DNA from: Candidatus Helarchaeota archaeon
Lineage (GTDB): Archaea > Asgardarchaeota > Lokiarchaeia > Helarchaeales > RDOG01
Reading direction: 5' to 3'
NCBI GenBank assembly: GCA_019058315.1
Contig: JAHPZH010000001.1
Coordinates: 1,411,318-1,475,317 of the forward strand
Length of the DNA: 64,000 nucleotides
The translations under genes and the position numbers were made by a program. Below the pieces are notes generated by a model. The model was not told where the DNA came from, ran no database searches, and worked only from the letters and a program-made list of their open reading frames with translations. Below, in pieces: positions 59,740-64,000 of the stretch (its first letter is position 1; the number at the start of each line of letters is the position of its first letter).

Positions 59740-59994
59740 AACTTAATTAATTTAACTCTTTTTAATTTTTTTTTTTAATTTATAATGAATTAAGGACAAT
59801 TCTTTCCAAAGAATAAATATCTCAAAAAGTAATATTGGATTATGAGATTTTTTCTTATATGTTATAAATATATTTGAAAAGTAAATAATGGCGATTATTA
59901 AAAGAAGCAGATTTAAAAAAATTTAATTCTTTAAAAATAGAAGAATGATATTAACATAATTATTTTTAATTTATAAAAACGATGTAGGTTAAGA

Positions 59995-62772
59995 ATGAGT
60001 AAAGTAAATTGGCGAGAAATAGAGCTAAAATGGCAGAAGAAGTGGGAAAAGGCTAAAATATTTAAGGTTGATATTGATAAAAATAAAGAAAAATATTATT
60101 GTTTGGAGATGTATCCATATCCCTCAGCTGCGCTCCATATGGGGCATCTTAGGAATTACTCCATAGGGGATTGCTTTGCAAGATTTAAAAGAATGAAAGG
60201 TTTCAACGTAATGTATCCTATGGGCTATGATTCTTTCGGTTTACCTGCTGAAAATGCCGCTATTCATCATGGTATTGACCCTGAGAAATGGACAAATGAC
60301 AATATTGAAGCAATTAAAGCACAACAAAAAAGCATTGGTTTAAGTTATGATTGGGATCGCGAGATATATAGCCATGATGAAAAAAATTATAAGTGGAATC
60401 AATGGGTTTTTATAAAATTATTCGAAAAAGGGTTAGCTTATCAAGAAGAATCATATGTAAATTGGTGTAGCTCTTGTAATACTGTACTAGCTAATGAACA
60501 AGTGATAAACGGTAAATGTTGGCGTTGTTCGACACAAGTAAAGCCGAAATTTTTGAAACAATGGTTTTTAAAAATTAGAAATTATGCAGAAGAACTTTTA
60601 AATGAGTTAGATAATTTAGATTGGCCTGAAAAAGTTAAAATTATGCAACGAAATTGGATAGGACGTAGTGAGGGAACCCAAGTAGAATTTAAAATTGATG
60701 GAACTAATGAAATAATCCCGATTTTCACAACTCGCCCAGATACTTTATATGGAGTAACATTTTTTATTTTTGCACCTGAACATCCTCTGGTAGAAAAATG
60801 GGTAAATGGGACGAAGTATGAGAAAGAATTTAAAAAGTTACTTAAAGAAGTTCAAGAAATTGATCGGTTTAAAAGGACTGACATTGAGATCGAGAAAAAA
60901 GGAATGTTTATTGGTAAATATGCTATAAACCCGATTAATAAAGAGAAAATTCCTGTATATATCGGTAATTTTGTTATATACGAATATGGTGCAGGTGCAG
61001 TTATGGCGGTTCCTGCCCATGATCAACGTGATTTTGAATTTGCTAAAAAGTTTAATCTTCCTATTCGTGTTGTTATCCAACCATTTGATTATGAACTACA
61101 TCCTGATAAGATGAGTAGGGCATATATTGGGGAGGGAAAGCTTGTAAATTCAGAAGAATTTAACCAATTAGATAATGAAGTTGCAAAAAAAGAAATATCA
61201 AATAAATTGAATAAAATGAAGAAAGGAAGTGCGATTGTTAATTATAGATTAAGAGATTGGTTAATTTCTAGGCAACGTTATTGGGGTACTCCTATTCCGA
61301 TAATTTATTGTGATCAATGTGGTGTTGTACCTGTACCTTACGAAAACTTGCCAGTAAAATTACCTAAAGATGTAAAATTTACGGGATCAGGTAATCCTTT
61401 GGAAACATCAGAGGATTTTGTTAATACAATTTGTCCGAAATGTGAAGAACCAGCAAAAAGAGAAACTGATACAATGGATACATTCATAGATTCTTCATGG
61501 TATTTTTTTAGATTCTGCACTCCAAAGTATCATAAAGCAATAGTTGATAAAAAACAAATAGATTATTGGATGCCAGTTGATCTATATATTGGAGGTATTG
61601 AACATGCAATCTTACATCTATTATATGCTCGGTTCTTTACAAAAGTATTACGTGATTTTGGCTTTTTTAAAGGGAATGAACCGTTTTTAAAATTGCTCAC
61701 TCAAGGGATGGTTAATAAAGAACACCCTTTTTGTGTTAATTGTAACAAATTTCTACATCAAGGAGAATATAAAGAGGAAAAATGTTTAGAGTGCGGAGAA
61801 TCTTATATAATGAAAAGTACGAAAATGTCAAAAAGTCTAGGAAATGTTGTAGATCCCAATGTAATTATTGATTCATATAGTGCAGATATTGCTCGCTTTT
61901 TTATTTTGACTACAGCTAATCCTACAAGAGAGCTGGAATGGTCCGATGCAGGAGTAAATAATGTTGCTAACTTCATAAATAGAGTCTATAATTTATTTTT
62001 AGAAGACATTGAAGTAGCCCATGAAAAATCTGAAATCGAAGATGCCTTTATGTTATTCCATTTACATAATGGAATTAGAAAAGTAACTGAATCAATAGAC
62101 GCTTTAAAAATTAGGGATGCAACCAACGTAATTACAGATCTGGTAGAGAAAATTAGAACTTATAAAAGAGAAGGTGTTAATTTAGAGATATATAATGAAT
62201 GTATCCATATTTTAAACATAATCCTTACTCCTTTTACACCTCACTTATGCGAAGAAGTTTGGGAGAAACGAGGAAAAAAACCATTTGTAAGTCTTGAAAA
62301 ATGGCCAGAATTTAATGAAAAATACCTCGATCCGGAAATTGAGCAAAAATGGAAGATGTATAATGATATTATAGAGGATATTAAAGAAATTCTGAAGGTA
62401 ATTAAAATACCTAGCATTTCAACTATCGAAATTTGTGTCGCAGCAAAATGGAAATTTAATCTTTATAAATTAATTCAAGAGGATATTAAACAAACTATCG
62501 AAATGAAAAAAATTATGAAAAAAATAATGAACACTGATTTGAAAAAGAATAATAAAGAAATTGCTAAATTAATTCCAAAACTATTAAGTAATCCTGGGAA
62601 CTTCCCAAACCAAGTGCTGGAATATGACAATGAATTAGATTTTTTCAAACAAATAAAAGAAAATTTAAAACAAAAATTTCAATGTGAAATAGTTATTAAT
62701 CAAGAGGAAAAATCGAAAAACTCCAAATCAAAACAAGCACTACCTTCCAAACCTGCTATAGTCATTCAATAA
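59995..62772 (+). CDS. leuS: Leucine--tRNA ligase (bacterial-type core, archaeal-type C-terminus)
   Basis: MYPYPS..LHMGH, FTTRPDT, GAVMAVPAHDQRD, WLISRQRYWG, RETDTMDTF, KMSKS. Confidence 0.97.
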   Translation: MSKVNWREIELKWQKKWEKAKIFKVDIDKNKEKYYCLEMYPYPSAALHMGHLRNYSIGDCFARFKRMKGFNVMYPMGYDSFGLPAENAAIHHGIDPEKWTNDNIEAIKAQQKSIGLSYDWDREIYSHDEKNYKWNQWVFIKLFEKGLAYQEESYVNWCSSCNTVLANEQVINGKCWRCSTQVKPKFLKQWFLKIRNYAEELLNELDNLDWPEKVKIMQRNWIGRSEGTQVEFKIDGTNEIIPIFTTRPDTLYGVTFFIFAPEHPLVEKWVNGTKYEKEFKKLLKEVQEIDRFKRTDIEIEKKGMFIGKYAINPINKEKIPVYIGNFVIYEYGAGAVMAVPAHDQRDFEFAKKFNLPIRVVIQPFDYELHPDKMSRAYIGEGKLVNSEEFNQLDNEVAKKEISNKLNKMKKGSAIVNYRLRDWLISRQRYWGTPIPIIYCDQCGVVPVPYENLPVKLPKDVKFTGSGNPLETSEDFVNTICPKCEEPAKRETDTMDTFIDSSWYFFRFCTPKYHKAIVDKKQIDYWMPVDLYIGGIEHAILHLLYARFFTKVLRDFGFFKGNEPFLKLLTQGMVNKEHPFCVNCNKFLHQGEYKEEKCLECGESYIMKSTKMSKSLGNVVDPNVIIDSYSADIARFFILTTANPTRELEWSDAGVNNVANFINRVYNLFLEDIEVAHEKSEIEDAFMLFHLHNGIRKVTESIDALKIRDATNVITDLVEKIRTYKREGVNLEIYNECIHILNIILTPFTPHLCEEVWEKRGKKPFVSLEKWPEFNEKYLDPEIEQKWKMYNDIIEDIKEILKVIKIPSISTIEICVAAKWKFNLYKLIQEDIKQTIEMKKIMKKIMNTDLKKNNKEIAKLIPKLLSNPGNFPNQVLEYDNELDFFKQIKENLKQKFQCEIVINQEEKSKNSKSKQALPSKPAIVIQ

Positions 62773-62864
62773 ACTAATCCTATCTAAAAAAATGAAATTT
62801 ATACTCCCAGTTGCTTATAGCGTAATTGTTTTTTAATTTTTTTGCTTATTCTGATGTTTATCGA

Positions 62865-63680
62865 TTAGTCAGGCCAATTAATTCTACGTTTGAACCAATC
62901 TGGAAAACTAAAAATCACATACATAATAATTATGAAAGATAGATACAAGCTACGCGTTATAATTGGTAATATTACAAGGGGAATAAAAATGAAAAATTCA
63001 AAAATATACCCAAAGGCTATACATAATAAACCAATTCCAAACCAAACAGAGATAGAACTCTGTGGCTTATTTTCTTTTTGGATTTTTCTAGCAAAATAAA
63101 AAAAAACTCCGGGAGGAAATATAGCAGAAGGTATAGCGGTAAGATAAATTAATAATTGAAACACTAAAGGATATTCGGTGGTTAATAAATAGTAAAAAGA
63201 TTGGCCTATAACAAGTATTGCTCTAGTATTTCTAGCATCATTAATAACTGCCCAGTATATGACACTCAAATTAATAATAACAATTGGTATCACAAAAATA
63301 AAGATAAAAATTTTAACTCGTTCTGGAAAAGTATTACGAATTGCAAACAAATTAGAACAAACAGCTGCGGCTACAATACAAGTTGACGCAGTAACTAACG
63401 TAATATCTCTAATTCCATATAATCCTAAGTTTAAACTAATGTCTCTGATAACTGTGGAAATGACCCCAGTGAATAACAATATACCAGCAATGAGAAATAT
63501 AAAATCTGAAATATCTCCAGTTTTTTTATATTTTTTGAATATTGAATGTAATGTAAAAATTCCAATAATTCCACATAAACTCATTAATAGAAATGTAATA
63601 ATTCCTACTGGATTATTTAAAGTAGAAAATCCCCATAATTTATTTAGCGTAGCATAAAAACCGTAATCCCAAGTAGACAT
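62865..63680 (-). CDS. Seven-TM membrane protein of unknown function
   Basis: About 7 hydrophobic segments; C-terminal PDWFKRR. Confidence 0.75.
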   Translation of the reverse strand: MSTWDYGFYATLNKLWGFSTLNNPVGIITFLLMSLCGIIGIFTLHSIFKKYKKTGDISDFIFLIAGILLFTGVISTVIRDISLNLGLYGIRDITLVTASTCIVAAAVCSNLFAIRNTFPERVKIFIFIFVIPIVIINLSVIYWAVINDARNTRAILVIGQSFYYLLTTEYPLVFQLLIYLTAIPSAIFPPGVFFYFARKIQKENKPQSSISVWFGIGLLCIAFGYIFEFFIFIPLVILPIITRSLYLSFIIIMYVIFSFPDWFKRRINWPD

Positions 63681-63955
63681 AATTTTTTACCTCAATCTAT
63701 TCAAAATTTCAGACTTTTAAATTTTTTTAATCATACATCTTTTTTAAAATTATGTTATTTGTTTTTCAATAACAATCGTAAAACTTTTTAGAACTTGCAA
63801 ATAAATGAAGATCTCACTTTTATTAAGCTGAAAACTAAAAATTTTTAATTTTTTCAATATTTTTTAAATGATCTGAGATAATAAATTTGCATTTTTGGGA
63901 AATTTTTTATATTTTTACTTTGATATAAAATATAATAATTTTGGAGATAGAAAAT

Positions 63956-64000
63956 ATGAGTTCTGAAGAAGGATCAATTTCGTACGGAATTGTAACAACT
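63956..64000 (+). CDS. 5' end of a CDS running off the window
   Basis: GGAG upstream, MSSEEGSISYGIVTT open to the window end. Confidence 0.5.
   Translation, partial: MSSEEGSISYGIVTT

Noticed and set aside
1-64000. CRISPR array, transposase, integrase or provirus
   Set aside because: No regularly spaced repeat-spacer pattern and no recombinase, transposase or capsid motifs. No duplicate of the tRNA-Cys 3' end (att site) was noticed.

Overview
AT-rich archaeal chromosomal segment, most consistent with an Asgard archaeon (Lokiarchaeia/Helarchaeales-like). The assignment is inferred from several longin-like domains, GGTGA Shine-Dalgarno motifs, SepCysS, Thi4 and DUF2099. The window holds about 55 CDSs and one tRNA-Cys(GCA); no CRISPR array, transposase, integrase or rRNA was seen. 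From 4.7 to 21 kb there is a sulfur-transfer-rich neighbourhood (iscS, tRNA-Cys, thi4, THUMP-less thiI, larE, DUF2099, pscS). From 34 to 60 kb lipid-related genes are enriched (acyl-CoA ligase with an SCP2-like insert, three cobalamin radical SAMs, GT4, GET3/ArsA ATPase, SCP2). Best leads: (i) a dispersed family of small proteins built from an unrecognised amphipathic 'S-I-I-E-x-L-L-x-P-W-x-x-I-L-G' repeat, one member sharing a palindromic operator with padR-hsp20, possibly a lipid-inclusion coat system; (ii) membrane proteins with cytoplasmic coat-appendage-like (GAE/platform) domains, one also ending in a longin domain, plus a longin-UEV fusion; (iii) two unannotated histone-H1-tail-like micro-ORFs; (iv) a 13-bp inverted repeat at the junction of two truncated genes, suggesting a 1.5-kb inversion; (v) a 9-PAS/GAF histidine kinase lacking its phospho-His; (vi) a chimeric bacterial/archaeal LeuRS. 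All family calls are by-eye motif recognition, not database results.
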